64,000 nt of DNA, taken from NCBI GenBank assembly GCA_044222475.1, contig JBGANF010000001.1:128001-192000 (forward strand), in the 5' to 3' direction. How positions within the stretch are numbered: position 1 is the stretch's first letter; every line of letters begins with the position of its first letter. Below, one piece after another: positions 31,432 to 41,935 of the stretch. The position numbers and the translations under genes are program-made. The notes below the pieces were generated by a model. That model made no database searches and was not told the DNA's origin. It saw only the letters and a program-made list of their open reading frames with translations. The DNA is from Polyangiaceae bacterium. Its GTDB lineage: Bacteria; Myxococcota_A; Polyangia; Polyangiales; Polyangiaceae.

Positions 31432-31482
31432 GAACCACGCATCATCGCACGTTTCCGGCCCGGCCGGAGTATCCTGCGGGTC

Positions 31483-32265
31483 ATGCTGGTGTCCGAGATC
31501 ACCGACGCCCTCGAAGCGATCGCGCCGCTGCGCTTCGCCGAGAGCTGGGACAACGTCGGGCTCCTGGTCGGGAGCCCGGATCACTTGGTGACGAAGGTCA
31601 TCTTGTGCATCGACTACACCGACGCCGTCGCCAAAGAGGCCGACGCGAAGCGCGCCGATTTCGTAGTCGCCTATCACCCCATCATCTTCGACGGGATCAA
31701 GCGCATCGCCGGCGACACGCTGATCTACGACGCGATCAAGAAGGGCCGCGCGATCTACAGCCCCCACACCGCGCTCGACATCGCCGAGGGCGGCACGAAC
31801 GACGTCCTCGCCGACGCGGTCGGGATGACGGCGCGCCACCCGCTTCGCAAATTCGGCCGCCGCAAGGACGACGAAGAGAACATGGGCCTCGGGCGAGTGG
31901 GACCGGTAAACGCGCGCACCCGCGCCGACCTGGTCGCTCAGGTGAAGACGAACCTGAAGCTCGCGACCGTGCTCGTCGCAGGACCGGCCGACGGGCCGGT
32001 GAACATGGTCGCCGTGTCCGCCGGATCCGCCGGCGACATGATCAAGGACGCGCAGCGCGCCGGCGTCGACCTCTACGTCACCGGCGAGCTGCGCCACCAC
32101 GACGCGATCTGGGCGGCCGCGCGCGGGATGACGGTGGTGTGCCTTCGCCACTCGACGAGCGAGCGCGCCGTGCTCGTCCGCCTCGCGCAGCTGCTGCGCG
32201 AGCGGCTGCGCGGGCTCGACGTGATCCTCAGCGAGTCGGACGCGGACCCGTTCCGCTTCGTTTGA
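31483..32265 (+). CDS. Nif3-like dinuclear metal centre protein (YbgI/DUF34)
   Basis: AESWDNVGLLVG, YHPIIF, HTALD, GLGRVG, TGELRHH, HSTSE. Confidence 0.93.
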   Translation: MLVSEITDALEAIAPLRFAESWDNVGLLVGSPDHLVTKVILCIDYTDAVAKEADAKRADFVVAYHPIIFDGIKRIAGDTLIYDAIKKGRAIYSPHTALDIAEGGTNDVLADAVGMTARHPLRKFGRRKDDEENMGLGRVGPVNARTRADLVAQVKTNLKLATVLVAGPADGPVNMVAVSAGSAGDMIKDAQRAGVDLYVTGELRHHDAIWAAARGMTVVCLRHSTSERAVLVRLAQLLRERLRGLDVILSESDADPFRFV

Positions 32266-34086
32266 TCAGCCCGACTCGGGGCCGGCGTCGAGGTGGCGCG
32301 TCGACTTCGGCCCGTGCGCGCGGAGATAAGCGCGAGCGATGGTCGACTCGTCGATGAAGCCCACGATGGTCCCACCACCGTCGACGACGGGCAGCTCTCT
32401 CAGCTTCGACGATCGCATCAGCTCGAACGCAGTGCGCAAGTCGCTGTCGATCGTCAGGCTCACCGGCGGACGCATGAGGTCGGACGCGGTGACGAGGAGG
32501 AGGAGCTCCGGCTCGGCGACGAGTGTCCCGAGATCGCCCTGGGTGATGACGCCGACGAGGTGACCGGCGTCGTCGACGACGGCGTGGACTTCGCGCCGGG
32601 ATCCCTCGGTGCGCTCGATGATCTCTCCGGCCGTCGTCGCGGTACGGAAGGTGACGAACGGCTCGTCCCTCTCGACGAAGTGGGCCAGCGCGAGCTCGTC
32701 GAGCGTATCGAGCGCGGCGCGATCGCCGAGGTGCACGTCGTCTTGGGCGAGCAGCGCTTCGTAGATCGGCTCGGGTCGCCAACGACGCGCCAGGACGTAC
32801 GCGCTCATGTTGGCGATCATGAGCGGGAGGATCAGCCCGTAGCCGGACGTCATCTCGACGATGATGAGGACGCTCGTCATCGGTGCGCGGATGGTCGCAC
32901 TGAAGACCGCCCCCATGCCGACGAGCGCGAACGCGCCGAGCGCGGCGTCGGGGTGGTTGAAGATGGTGCGGTCGAGCGAGCCGAACGCGCCGCCAATCAT
33001 CGCGCCGATGAACAGCGACGGGGCGAAGATGCCGCCAGCGCCGCCGCTCGAGTACGAGAACACCGTGGCGATCAACTTGAGCACGCAGAGCACGAGCATG
33101 ACCTTCACCGGTAGCTCGCTCGAGAGCGAGGCCTTGAGCTGGTCGTACCCTCCGCCCGTGATCCCGCCGACGTGGAGCCAGCGCAGTGAAGCGACGGCCA
33201 GCAGCCCGGTGACGAGACCGCCGATGGCCGGCTGGAACTGGGGCGGCACGAGCTTCTGCTTCCGGATCCGGCGGCGAACCGCGAGCAGCGAGTCGGTGAA
33301 GACCACCGACGCCATCGCGGCCACCACGCCGAGGAGCGCGTAGAGGATCAGCGACCGCGCGTCGTCGAGGGCGAACGGATGAGGGATGTCGAAGACGGGG
33401 TGAGTACCGAGCGCGCTCCGCTCGATCACGGCGGCGACTGCTGCCGCGATGATGACGCCCGAGAGCACGGTCTGATCGAGCTTCCCCACGAGCTCTTCGA
33501 TCGTGAACGTGACCGCCGCGATCGGTGCGTTGAACGCCGCCGCGATCCCAGCAGCCGCGCCGACCGGGATGAGTCGACGCCGGTTCTGCGGCGAGAGCTG
33601 AGCCAAGCGGCCGAGCGCGCTCGCCACTCCCGCGCAGATCTGTACGGTCGGCCCTTCCCGTCCCATCGACGATCCGGATCCGATTTGAAGCGCGCCGAGG
33701 AAGAACTTTCCGACCGCATCTCGAAAGCGCACGACCCCCACGCGTGATGCATAGGCGACCTTCACCTGCGGAATCCCGCTGCCGCGTGCACCAGGTACGA
33801 CCCAATGGAGGAGCATGCCCACGATCAAGGCACCCAAGGTGGGCGAGAGCACGCCGAAGAGCATCCACCAGCGACCGGGAGCCGCAAGGGCGCGCTCGAC
33901 GAGCTGGCGTTCGACGAGCTTGATGGTCAGGTGAAACGCGACTGCGGCGAGCCCGCAGAGGACGCCGATCATGATCGTGAGGGCGAAGAGGCGCTGCGAC
34001 TCCGACGGCGCGAAGCGGAGCTCGGTGCGAAGAAGTGCGGCGCGAGCTCGTTCGAGCCAACCGCGAGCGCGGGCGACGACGCTCAT
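32266..34086 (-). CDS. ClC Cl-/H+ antiporter with C-terminal CBS pair
   Basis: GSGIP, GREGP (gating Glu), FTIEEL, GGIFAPSL, PIYE; two CBS domains. Confidence 0.93.
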   Translation of the reverse strand: MSVVARARGWLERARAALLRTELRFAPSESQRLFALTIMIGVLCGLAAVAFHLTIKLVERQLVERALAAPGRWWMLFGVLSPTLGALIVGMLLHWVVPGARGSGIPQVKVAYASRVGVVRFRDAVGKFFLGALQIGSGSSMGREGPTVQICAGVASALGRLAQLSPQNRRRLIPVGAAAGIAAAFNAPIAAVTFTIEELVGKLDQTVLSGVIIAAAVAAVIERSALGTHPVFDIPHPFALDDARSLILYALLGVVAAMASVVFTDSLLAVRRRIRKQKLVPPQFQPAIGGLVTGLLAVASLRWLHVGGITGGGYDQLKASLSSELPVKVMLVLCVLKLIATVFSYSSGGAGGIFAPSLFIGAMIGGAFGSLDRTIFNHPDAALGAFALVGMGAVFSATIRAPMTSVLIIVEMTSGYGLILPLMIANMSAYVLARRWRPEPIYEALLAQDDVHLGDRAALDTLDELALAHFVERDEPFVTFRTATTAGEIIERTEGSRREVHAVVDDAGHLVGVITQGDLGTLVAEPELLLLVTASDLMRPPVSLTIDSDLRTAFELMRSSKLRELPVVDGGGTIVGFIDESTIARAYLRAHGPKSTRHLDAGPESG

Positions 34087-35012
34087 GGCGAACCGCGGAA
34101 GCCAATCGGCACGACGAAGACGCTCCGTCGAGCCTCCGTCACGATGGTTTCGACCGTCGTTCGCTCGTCGGGGCGCGCGAGGCCATCCCGCATGCCCACG
34201 ACGACGAGATCCGCATCTTGCTCCCGAGCCACCTCCAGGATCGCCTGCGCGGTGGCGCGCCTTCCGAGCAGGAGGGCGTCCACTCCGCCCATCGAACGCG
34301 CGAGCGCCTCGAGCAGCGACCGACGCTCGTCGATGCCGGTCGGCTCCGCGCGCTCGTCGTGAGGGACGTTGGAGACGAAGGTGACCGGCGCTTCGAACCG
34401 CGTTCCCAACGACGCCGCGCGACGGAGGACCGGGTACGTGTCATCGACGAGATCGGTCGCAGCGACGATCCGATTCGACGTCGTCGGTGGGCGTGCGACC
34501 AGCACCGGCTTTCGAGTGCTTGCCACCAGGCGATCGGCGAGCCCGAACGAGGCGCGGCGAGCGTCGGGGGACTCGCTCCCGACCACGAGGAGGATCGCCT
34601 TCCGTTCCTTCGCGACCCCGGCGAGGACGTTGACGACCCTGCCCGGCCGCACGACGACATCGGCCTCGGGGACGCGATGTCCTAGGACGACGCTGCACCA
34701 CTCACCGACCGCTCGCGTCAACCGACGGAGGCGCGGCTTCGGGTCGGGTGTCGCCGTCGTCTGAATGCGAGACGAAGGCGTCGGGCCATCGACCGCATGC
34801 ACCACGACCATCCGCGCACCGAGGATGCGAGCGAGCGCGTCGGCGCGGCGGGTCGCGGTGGCGGAGGCCAGACCGAGAGACGAACCCACGACGAGGACCG
34901 GCTTGCGCTCGCGGAGCACTCGATCGACGAGAGACACGGGATCCCGGGCCGACCGAGACCTCCTGCGCGCGAGCACCGAGTGGTGGGATGGAGGAAGCGA
35001 TCGCGATCTCAT
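34083..35012 (-). CDS. Universal stress protein (tandem USP) 1
   Basis: KPVLVAR..RIVAATDL..DADLVVVG; ATGA overlap with the GH15 stop. Confidence 0.8.
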   Translation of the reverse strand: MRSRSLPPSHHSVLARRRSRSARDPVSLVDRVLRERKPVLVVGSSLGLASATATRRADALARILGARMVVVHAVDGPTPSSRIQTTATPDPKPRLRRLTRAVGEWCSVVLGHRVPEADVVVRPGRVVNVLAGVAKERKAILLVVGSESPDARRASFGLADRLVASTRKPVLVARPPTTSNRIVAATDLVDDTYPVLRRAASLGTRFEAPVTFVSNVPHDERAEPTGIDERRSLLEALARSMGGVDALLLGRRATAQAILEVAREQDADLVVVGMRDGLARPDERTTVETIVTEARRSVFVVPIGFRGSP

Positions 35013-36775
35013 AGGAGCTCGGACCACCTCGGCGCAGCCGCGAACGCCGCGCGGATGAGCCCCACGTGGGAGTACGCCTGTGGATGGTTGCCCCACATCA
35101 CTCCGGCCACCGGGTCGAGGTCCTCGGACAAGAGACCGAGGGGCGACGACGCCGCGCGCGTGCGTTCGAAGAGCGCGCGAGCTTCTTCGCTCCGACCCAG
35201 GACGGCGAGCGCCTCCACGAGCCAAAAGGTGCACAGCGCGAAGGCGACGACCGGAACGCCGAACCCGTCGTTGGTGCGGTAGCGCTTGAGCCATCCGTGA
35301 TGACCGAGGTCTTCTTGGATCGCCGCCACGGTGGACTGGGCGCGCGGGTCGGACGGGAGGAGGAAGCGGAGCGGGATTGCTTGAAGCAGGGCCGCATCGA
35401 CCTCGGTCCCACCGAGCTCGGCGACGAGGCACCCTCGCTTCGGATCCACCGCATCGCGAAGGGTGGCTGCGCGGATCTCATCCGCTGCAGCGACGAACTC
35501 GGCCGCGAGCGAGGGACGGTGGACGGTGGCGATGCGAGACATTCGGTCGGCGGCGGCCCAGCACATGAGCGAGCTGAACGTCTGCGGGCGCCACCCTTCG
35601 CGAAACTCCCAAATGCCCGCGTCCGGTTTTCCCGCGACCGCGATGGCCTTCCGAGCCAAGCGCTCCACCAGGTCTAGAACGGGCGCGGTGACTTGCCCGC
35701 GGAATCGGGCGTCGAGGAAGAGCGGAGTGAGCGCGAGGACCATCTCCCCGAAGACGTCGTTCTGTCGATGGGTCGCGGCGCCGTTGCCGATCCGCACCGG
35801 CTTCTCGCCCTGGTATCCCGGCCAGTCACCGAGGATGTGCTCCTCCAAGTCCGCCTTGCCGTCGATCCGATAGAGCGGGCGAAGATCCAGATCGTCCGCG
35901 GAGCCGACGACGTTGAGCAAGTAGCGAAGGAACTGCTCGCGCTCCTCGAACTGACCGAGGTAGCCGAACGCTCCGAGCGCATAGAATGCGTCGCGTAGCC
36001 AACAGTAGCGATAGTCCCAGGTCCGGCCGGAGCCGGGTGACTCGGGGATCGACGTCGTGAGCGCGGCGACGATCGCGCCCGTGTCTTCGAAGCAATGCAG
36101 CTTCAGGGCGAGCGCGGAGCGGATGACCTCCTCTTGGTAGAGCGGCGGGACCTCGCAGTGTTTGACCCAGCGCTCCCAGTGAGCAACCGTCTCGCGCAGA
36201 AACGTGTCGCAGAGCGGTGCGAGCGGCTCTTCGACCGGCGCGCCCCACGCGAAGACGAGGTGCTGACGTTCGGTGAGCGCGAACGGCTCGCCGTCGAGGT
36301 ACGACAGCGGGAAGTCCGTCGTGAGGCGGACGTTCGCGTCGTAGCCGTGGAACGCGATGTGGTGCGAGCCGTTCTCCCGTCGGGGCCGGGTGCGCGTCCA
36401 CCCCAGAGCTGGATCGCAGGCCACTCGAATGCGCGGCGCTCCGTGGAGCGGCTCGACGATGCGGACGAGCTTCGTGGGGCGAAAAGGACGGTCGTAGAGG
36501 ATGAACCGCGGTGCGAAGTCGAGGACACGAAAGGAGCCGTCCGCCGTATCGAAGCGGGTCTCGAGCACGTTCGTGTTCGGGAGGTAGCGTTGCGTGCCGA
36601 CCTCTCGGCTCGCCGGGGAGACCACGAATCGCCCCCCCTCGCGCTCGTCGAGCAGCGCACCGAAGACCGGGGGCGAATCGAAGCGCGGCATGCACGACCA
36701 CACGATCGCTCCGTCTCGCCGTACGTGAGCTGCAATCTGGCAGTTCCCGATGAGACCGAGGTCCGCGAGCGACAT
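35009..36775 (-). CDS. Glycoside hydrolase family 15 (trehalase/glucoamylase-like)
   Basis: LIGNCQ, PRFDSP, AALTTSIPE..GRTWDYRYCWLRD, GIWEFR, GLLSED, GNHPQAYSHVG. Confidence 0.93.
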   Translation of the reverse strand: MSLADLGLIGNCQIAAHVRRDGAIVWSCMPRFDSPPVFGALLDEREGGRFVVSPASREVGTQRYLPNTNVLETRFDTADGSFRVLDFAPRFILYDRPFRPTKLVRIVEPLHGAPRIRVACDPALGWTRTRPRRENGSHHIAFHGYDANVRLTTDFPLSYLDGEPFALTERQHLVFAWGAPVEEPLAPLCDTFLRETVAHWERWVKHCEVPPLYQEEVIRSALALKLHCFEDTGAIVAALTTSIPESPGSGRTWDYRYCWLRDAFYALGAFGYLGQFEEREQFLRYLLNVVGSADDLDLRPLYRIDGKADLEEHILGDWPGYQGEKPVRIGNGAATHRQNDVFGEMVLALTPLFLDARFRGQVTAPVLDLVERLARKAIAVAGKPDAGIWEFREGWRPQTFSSLMCWAAADRMSRIATVHRPSLAAEFVAAADEIRAATLRDAVDPKRGCLVAELGGTEVDAALLQAIPLRFLLPSDPRAQSTVAAIQEDLGHHGWLKRYRTNDGFGVPVVAFALCTFWLVEALAVLGRSEEARALFERTRAASSPLGLLSEDLDPVAGVMWGNHPQAYSHVGLIRAAFAAAPRWSELL

Positions 36776-36795
36776 GGGATGGGTCTATCACAAAT

Positions 36796-36813
36796 TGATT
36801 GGATATCCAATCA
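36796..36813. promoter_or_regulatory. Perfect 18-bp palindrome in the GH15/otsA divergent promoter (candidate MarR operator)
   Basis: TGATTGGATATCCAATCA equals its own reverse complement; 8 nt upstream of the TATCCT -10 box of otsA. Confidence 0.7.
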
Positions 36814-36833
36814 TCACGAGCTATCCTCGGTGG

Positions 36834-39071
36834 ATGCGGCGCTTCGTCGGCCTGATTGCCCTGCTCTTGTTCGGGCTGGGCGCGCTCACCGCCGCGGGGT
36901 ACGCGCTCGTCGTCCGTACGACGCGGTCTTGGTTCGAGCGCGACGTCTCACTCCGCTCTCAGCTCGCGGTCGCTGCCGCCCGCGTGAGCCTGCGTGGAGC
37001 GTGGCAGGATCCGGTACAGCTCAAGGTCATCCTCGACGACATCACGCGCGACGAGCGAATCGTCGGCGCCGCGGCGTGCACCGCTACTGGGGCGGAGCTT
37101 GCATCGACGGACGGCTACCCCCACTCGTTTCCCTGCGATCAAGTCGTCGAGCGGGCGCGCACCGACGTCCCTGACGATCCCGAAAGTTGTTGGTCGACGA
37201 CGGGCGATGGCGCCTCTGGAAGGACCAACCTGTGCGTGATTCGACTCCAAGCCGAGAGCGGCGCCGAGCTGGGCCGCGTCGTCCTGGTCCACGACCTCAG
37301 CTTCGTGAGTCGCCGCGAGGAGACGACGCGAAACCTGCTCCTGTTCGCGTTCATCGTGCTCGCACTCGGAGCGTCGGCGATGACGCTGGGCGCGGCGCGC
37401 GTGGCATGGCGGGTGTGGACACGCGATCTCCAACGCGCACTGCGAGGCGACGCGCGGTTGGGGTTCCAGCCGCTCCTCCACGACGTTCGCGAGTTGGCGG
37501 AGCGACTCGCGGCCGAGCGTGATCAGGAGGCGGCCATCGGCGCGTGGAACCCTCACCGACTTCGGTCCACGTTGACGCAGTACCTGCACGGCGAGCGGAT
37601 CGCCATCCTGGCCAACCGCGAGCCGTACATCCACGAGACCGCCGGAAAGGACATCCGCGTCATCCACCCGGCGAGCGGGCTCGTCACCGCGCTCGAACCG
37701 GTCATGCGCGCCTGCGGCGGCGTGTGGGTCGCCCACGGGAGCGGCTCGGCCGACCGCGCCACGGTGGACGGCAAAGACCGCGTCCGCGTCCCGCCCGGCG
37801 AGGAGTCGTACACGATCCGGCGCGTGTGGCTCACGGAAGCCGAGGAGAACGGCTACTACTACGGCTTCTCGAACGAAGGTCTATGGCCCCTCTGCCACGT
37901 CGCCCACGCACGACCTCAGTTCCGAACGGAGGACTGGAAGCAGTACGTGGCGGTGAACCGACGCTTCGCCGACGCGGTCTGCGCCGAGGTGGACTCCGAC
38001 GATCCGATCATTCTGGTTCAGGACTACCACTTCGCGTTGGCGCCCCGGATGATCCGCGAGCGACTTCCACGAGCCGCGATCCTCACCTTCTGGCACATTC
38101 CGTGGCCGAACGCCGAGCGCTTCGGGATCTGCCCGTGGCGCGAGGAGATTCTCTCCGGGTTGCTGGGGTCGAGCATTCTCGGCTTTCACACCAAGCAGCA
38201 CTGCAACAACTTCATCGACTCGGTCGACGCGTTCATGGAGAGCCGCATCGACCGCGAGATGCACGCCGTCGTCCAGGGACTGCGACGCACCCTCGTGCGT
38301 CCCTACCCGATCTCGATCGAGTGGCCGGTGCATTGGCTCGAGGGAATGGCGCCCATCGGAGAGTGCCGTGACTCCATCTTCCGCGAGCTCGGGTTGAAGG
38401 ACGACGCGCTCCTCGGGGTCGGCGTCGACCGCCTCGACTACACCAAGGGGATCGAGGAGCGCCTGCTCGCCGTCGACTCACTCCTCACGCACCATCCGCG
38501 ATTTCGCGGACGCTTCACGTTCGTGCAGCTCGCGGCGCCGAGCAGGACCAAGATCTCGCGCTATCAGGAGCTCAACGACCGAGTCGAGGCGCTCGCGGAG
38601 GAGATCAACGCGAAGTGGGCGAGCGGGACGTACCGGCCCATCGTGTTGCTCCGCGCCCACCACGAGCCCCCTACGGTCTTCCGGTACTACCGAGCAGCGG
38701 CGCTCTGCTACGTCAGCAGTCTTCACGACGGGATGAACTTGGTCGCCAAGGAGTTCGTCGCGGCCCGCGACGACGACCGCGGCGTCCTCGTTCTGAGCCA
38801 GTTCACGGGCGCGGCGCGCGACCTCACCGAGGCGCTCATCGTGAACCCTTACGACATTCGCCAGGCCGGTGACGCGCTCGCAGCGGCGCTCGACATGCCC
38901 GAGTCGGAGCAGCGTGAGCGCATGCGGTCGATGCGCCGCATCGTCGCCGAGTTCAACGTCTACCGTTGGGCGGGACGCATGCTCGTCGACGCCGCCGAGC
39001 TTCGACGGCGGGAGCGCATGCTCGACCGTCTCACGACCCGGGATCGCACGACGGTAGCGGAGGTCGGATGA
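36834..39071 (+). CDS. otsA: Trehalose-6-phosphate synthase (GT20) with N-terminal two-TM extracytoplasmic domain
   Basis: [55 protein letters not shown]; ~235-aa N-terminal extension with two hydrophobic helices. Confidence 0.92.
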   Translation: MRRFVGLIALLLFGLGALTAAGYALVVRTTRSWFERDVSLRSQLAVAAARVSLRGAWQDPVQLKVILDDITRDERIVGAAACTATGAELASTDGYPHSFPCDQVVERARTDVPDDPESCWSTTGDGASGRTNLCVIRLQAESGAELGRVVLVHDLSFVSRREETTRNLLLFAFIVLALGASAMTLGAARVAWRVWTRDLQRALRGDARLGFQPLLHDVRELAERLAAERDQEAAIGAWNPHRLRSTLTQYLHGERIAILANREPYIHETAGKDIRVIHPASGLVTALEPVMRACGGVWVAHGSGSADRATVDGKDRVRVPPGEESYTIRRVWLTEAEENGYYYGFSNEGLWPLCHVAHARPQFRTEDWKQYVAVNRRFADAVCAEVDSDDPIILVQDYHFALAPRMIRERLPRAAILTFWHIPWPNAERFGICPWREEILSGLLGSSILGFHTKQHCNNFIDSVDAFMESRIDREMHAVVQGLRRTLVRPYPISIEWPVHWLEGMAPIGECRDSIFRELGLKDDALLGVGVDRLDYTKGIEERLLAVDSLLTHHPRFRGRFTFVQLAAPSRTKISRYQELNDRVEALAEEINAKWASGTYRPIVLLRAHHEPPTVFRYYRAAALCYVSSLHDGMNLVAKEFVAARDDDRGVLVLSQFTGAARDLTEALIVNPYDIRQAGDALAAALDMPESEQRERMRSMRRIVAEFNVYRWAGRMLVDAAELRRRERMLDRLTTRDRTTVAEVG

Positions 39072-39826
39072 ATCGGCTCTGCAGCGGGCCTGGCAACGAG
39101 CTCCTCGCGCAACTCGCCGCGGCGCAGCTGCTCGTCGCCTTCGACTTCGATGGGACGCTCGCGCCCATCGTCGAGGACCGGCACGACGCGAAGATGCGCG
39201 CCTCGACGCGTCGTTTTCTTCGCGTCGTATGTCACCTCTATCCGTGCGCGGTGATCTCCGGCCGCAGTCGCCAAGACGTGGCGGCGCGGCTCGAGGGGTG
39301 CCCCGTCCGCTGGATCATCGGAAATCACGGGATCGAGCCGTGGGCGAACATGCAGGTCTTCGCTCGCGCGGTCAGCACGGCGCGAGCCACGCTCGAGCAA
39401 CGCCTCGGAGATCGACAGGGGATCGACATCGAGGACAAGCAGTACTCGCTGGCCATCCACTATCGAAGGGCACGGAAGAAGAAGGAGGCCCGACGCGCCA
39501 TCGAGGCCGCCGTCGCGACGCTGCCGACCCCGATGCGAGCCGTCCCGGGCAAGCTCGTCGTGAACGTGCTCCCGGAGAAAGCTCCGAACAAGGGAGATGC
39601 GTTGCTCGAGCTGCGCGACGCGGCGAAGCTCGACACCGCGATCTATCTCGGCGACGACGTGACCGACGAGGACGTCTTCGCGCTCGACGAACCGGGGCGC
39701 ATCACGACCGTGCGCGTCGGGCGCTCGAAGTTTTCCGCCGCGCGCTACTATCTGCGTGACCAGCTCGAGATGGACCGTTTCCTTCGAACTCTGATCGACC
39801 TGAGACCCCGGAGCCGCGCCACATGA
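39068..39826 (+). CDS. otsB: Trehalose-6-phosphate phosphatase (HAD)
   Basis: FDFDGTLAP, ISGR, GNHG, NKG, GDDVTDEDVF; overlaps the otsA stop. Confidence 0.93.
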   Translation: MNRLCSGPGNELLAQLAAAQLLVAFDFDGTLAPIVEDRHDAKMRASTRRFLRVVCHLYPCAVISGRSRQDVAARLEGCPVRWIIGNHGIEPWANMQVFARAVSTARATLEQRLGDRQGIDIEDKQYSLAIHYRRARKKKEARRAIEAAVATLPTPMRAVPGKLVVNVLPEKAPNKGDALLELRDAAKLDTAIYLGDDVTDEDVFALDEPGRITTVRVGRSKFSAARYYLRDQLEMDRFLRTLIDLRPRSRAT

Positions 39827-40305
39827 CGCATACCTCGAGGGACCACGCACTCAAGCTCGACCCGGCGTTGGACTTCCTGCAACGCCTCTGGGCAATGAGC
39901 CACGCACTCGAGCGGCTCTCGAAGCAGATGGAACGGAGCATCGGGATCACGGCGCAGCAGCGGCTCGTCCTACGCTGCCTGGGAAAATTCCCTCGCATGA
40001 CCGGCGGACAGCTCGCCGAAATGCTTCACCTCGACCCCGGCACCATATCGGCCCACCTCCGGAATCTGACCCGCAAGGGCCTCGTCGCTCGCCGGGTGGA
40101 CGCGGGCGACCGGCGTCGGGTGCAGCTCGCGCTCACGGAGCGCGGCAGGGCCCTCGTAGCCGTCAAGCACGGCACCGTCGAGCACGCCGTGGAGCGGTTG
40201 ATCGCTCGCGTGGGCGTTGCGCGGGTGGCGTCCACCAAGTCCACCCTCGAGGACCTTGCGGCGCTGCTCTTCGAGGAGCGACCGCTCACACCCGTGACGC
40301 GCTGA
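39823..40305 (+). CDS. MarR family transcriptional regulator
   Basis: GITAQQRLVL, wHTH, DRRRVQLALTERG. Confidence 0.9.
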   Translation: MTHTSRDHALKLDPALDFLQRLWAMSHALERLSKQMERSIGITAQQRLVLRCLGKFPRMTGGQLAEMLHLDPGTISAHLRNLTRKGLVARRVDAGDRRRVQLALTERGRALVAVKHGTVEHAVERLIARVGVARVASTKSTLEDLAALLFEERPLTPVTR

Positions 40306-41849
40306 TGCACCACGACGCCGCGTTCATTGCGCTCCTCGCGATTGCCGCCGGAGTCGCGCTCCTCGCCCGCTGGCTGAAGTTCCCGTACACGGTCGCGCTG
40401 GTCATCGCTGGGCTCGTGTTGGGTGCGACGCACGTGCTGCAGGCGCCCCACCTGACGAAAGAGCTCCTGTTCTCGCTGTTTCTCCCCGGTCTGCTCTTCG
40501 AGGCCGCGTTCCACATGGACGTCCGGAAGTTCCTGCGGAACAAGATCATGATCCTGTCGCTCGCCGTCCCCGGCGTCGCGCTCAGCGTCGCGATGACGGC
40601 CAGCCTCCTCACGCCGATCGCTCCCCGGCTCCACCTGGTCGACTTCACCGCTGCAGGGGCGGTCGTCTTCGCTGCGGTGATCTCGGCCACCGATCCGATC
40701 GCCGTTGTCGCCTTGTTTCGATCGCTCGGCGCCCCCAAGCGGCTTCGAGTCCTCATCGAAGCGGAGAGCCTTCTCAACGATGGCACGTCGGTCGTGCTCT
40801 TCACGATCGTCCTCGCCGCGGCCATGGGCGGCTCGACTTCGGTCGCGCACGGCGGACTTCATTTCGTCACCGTCGTGGGGCTCGGGGTCCTGATCGGAGG
40901 TGGTATCGGATTCGTCGCGTCCCAGGTGTTCAAGCGCGTGGACGAACCGATGATCGAGATCACGATCACGACGATCGCTGCGTACGGCAGCTTCGCCATC
41001 TCGGAGGCGCTCGGCTACTCGGGGGTCATCGCCACCGTGGTCGCGGGGATGGTGTGCGGAAACTACGGCGCGAAGATTGGGATGAGCCCCACGACGCGCG
41101 TCGCCGTCGAGTCCTTCTGGGAGTACGTCGCGTTCGCGTTGAACTCGATCGTGTTTCTACTGATCGGGCTGGAGGTTCGCGTCGCCGATCTGCTCGCAGA
41201 CTGGCGGCCGATCCTCACTGCGTGGGCGGTGGTGACGCTCTCGCGAGGCGCGCTCATCGCGCTCGTCACGCTCGCGCTCCGCCGAAGCGCCGAACGCCTC
41301 CCGTGGTCGTGGGCAGCCATCCTCACGTGGGGCGGACTCCGCGGTGGCCTGTCGATGGTTCTGGCGCTGAGCCTCCCGGCCGCGCTGGATGGCCGCGAGT
41401 CGATCGTGACGATGACGTTCGGAGTCGTCGTCATCAGCATCCTCGTGCAGGGTCTCACGATGCCGTGGCTCATGCGTCGGCTCGGGGCGACCAAGAAGCC
41501 CTCGAGCGAGAGTCACGATGCCCTCGTCGCCGATCGCATCGCTGCGCGCGCGGCGTTCGAGGCGCTCGCCGAGGTCGAGTCGGCCGAGGAGGCCGTCGCC
41601 AGCCGACTGCGGCGCGAGTGCCAGACTCGAACGGAGCTCGCCACCGCCGCGGTCGACGACGGGGATGCGGCATCGGCCTCGCGCGATGCGGAGCTTCACC
41701 TTCGCAAGCGGATGCTGACCGCCGAAAAGGCAGCCGTTCTCGCGGCGATGCACGACGGCGTACTGGGCGCCGACGTCGCCGAAGACTACGTGCGCGAGCT
41801 CGACGCGAAGTTGGTGGCGCTCGACGACGCCAAGCGCGAGCGAGACTGA
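40305..41849 (+). CDS. Na+(K+)/H+ antiporter, CPA1 (NhaP/NhaK-like)
   Basis: FLPGLLFEAA, SATDPIAV, ESLLNDG, WGGLRG. Confidence 0.92.
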   Translation: MHHDAAFIALLAIAAGVALLARWLKFPYTVALVIAGLVLGATHVLQAPHLTKELLFSLFLPGLLFEAAFHMDVRKFLRNKIMILSLAVPGVALSVAMTASLLTPIAPRLHLVDFTAAGAVVFAAVISATDPIAVVALFRSLGAPKRLRVLIEAESLLNDGTSVVLFTIVLAAAMGGSTSVAHGGLHFVTVVGLGVLIGGGIGFVASQVFKRVDEPMIEITITTIAAYGSFAISEALGYSGVIATVVAGMVCGNYGAKIGMSPTTRVAVESFWEYVAFALNSIVFLLIGLEVRVADLLADWRPILTAWAVVTLSRGALIALVTLALRRSAERLPWSWAAILTWGGLRGGLSMVLALSLPAALDGRESIVTMTFGVVVISILVQGLTMPWLMRRLGATKKPSSESHDALVADRIAARAAFEALAEVESAEEAVASRLRRECQTRTELATAAVDDGDAASASRDAELHLRKRMLTAEKAAVLAAMHDGVLGADVAEDYVRELDAKLVALDDAKRERD

Positions 41850-41850
41850 T

Positions 41851-41886
41851 CTGTCGATCCAGACGACAGATTTGTTACAACTTTCG
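41851..41886 (+). promoter_or_regulatory. LysR-type binding site, copy 1 (upstream of USP2)
   Basis: CTGTCG-atccaga-CGACAG dyad (T-N11-A), then CTTTCG at positions 31-36. Confidence 0.7.
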
Positions 41887-41935
41887 TTCTTATCAAATCG
41901 CCAGCGGGGCCCCATCTTGAGTGAAAGGAGGTCCC

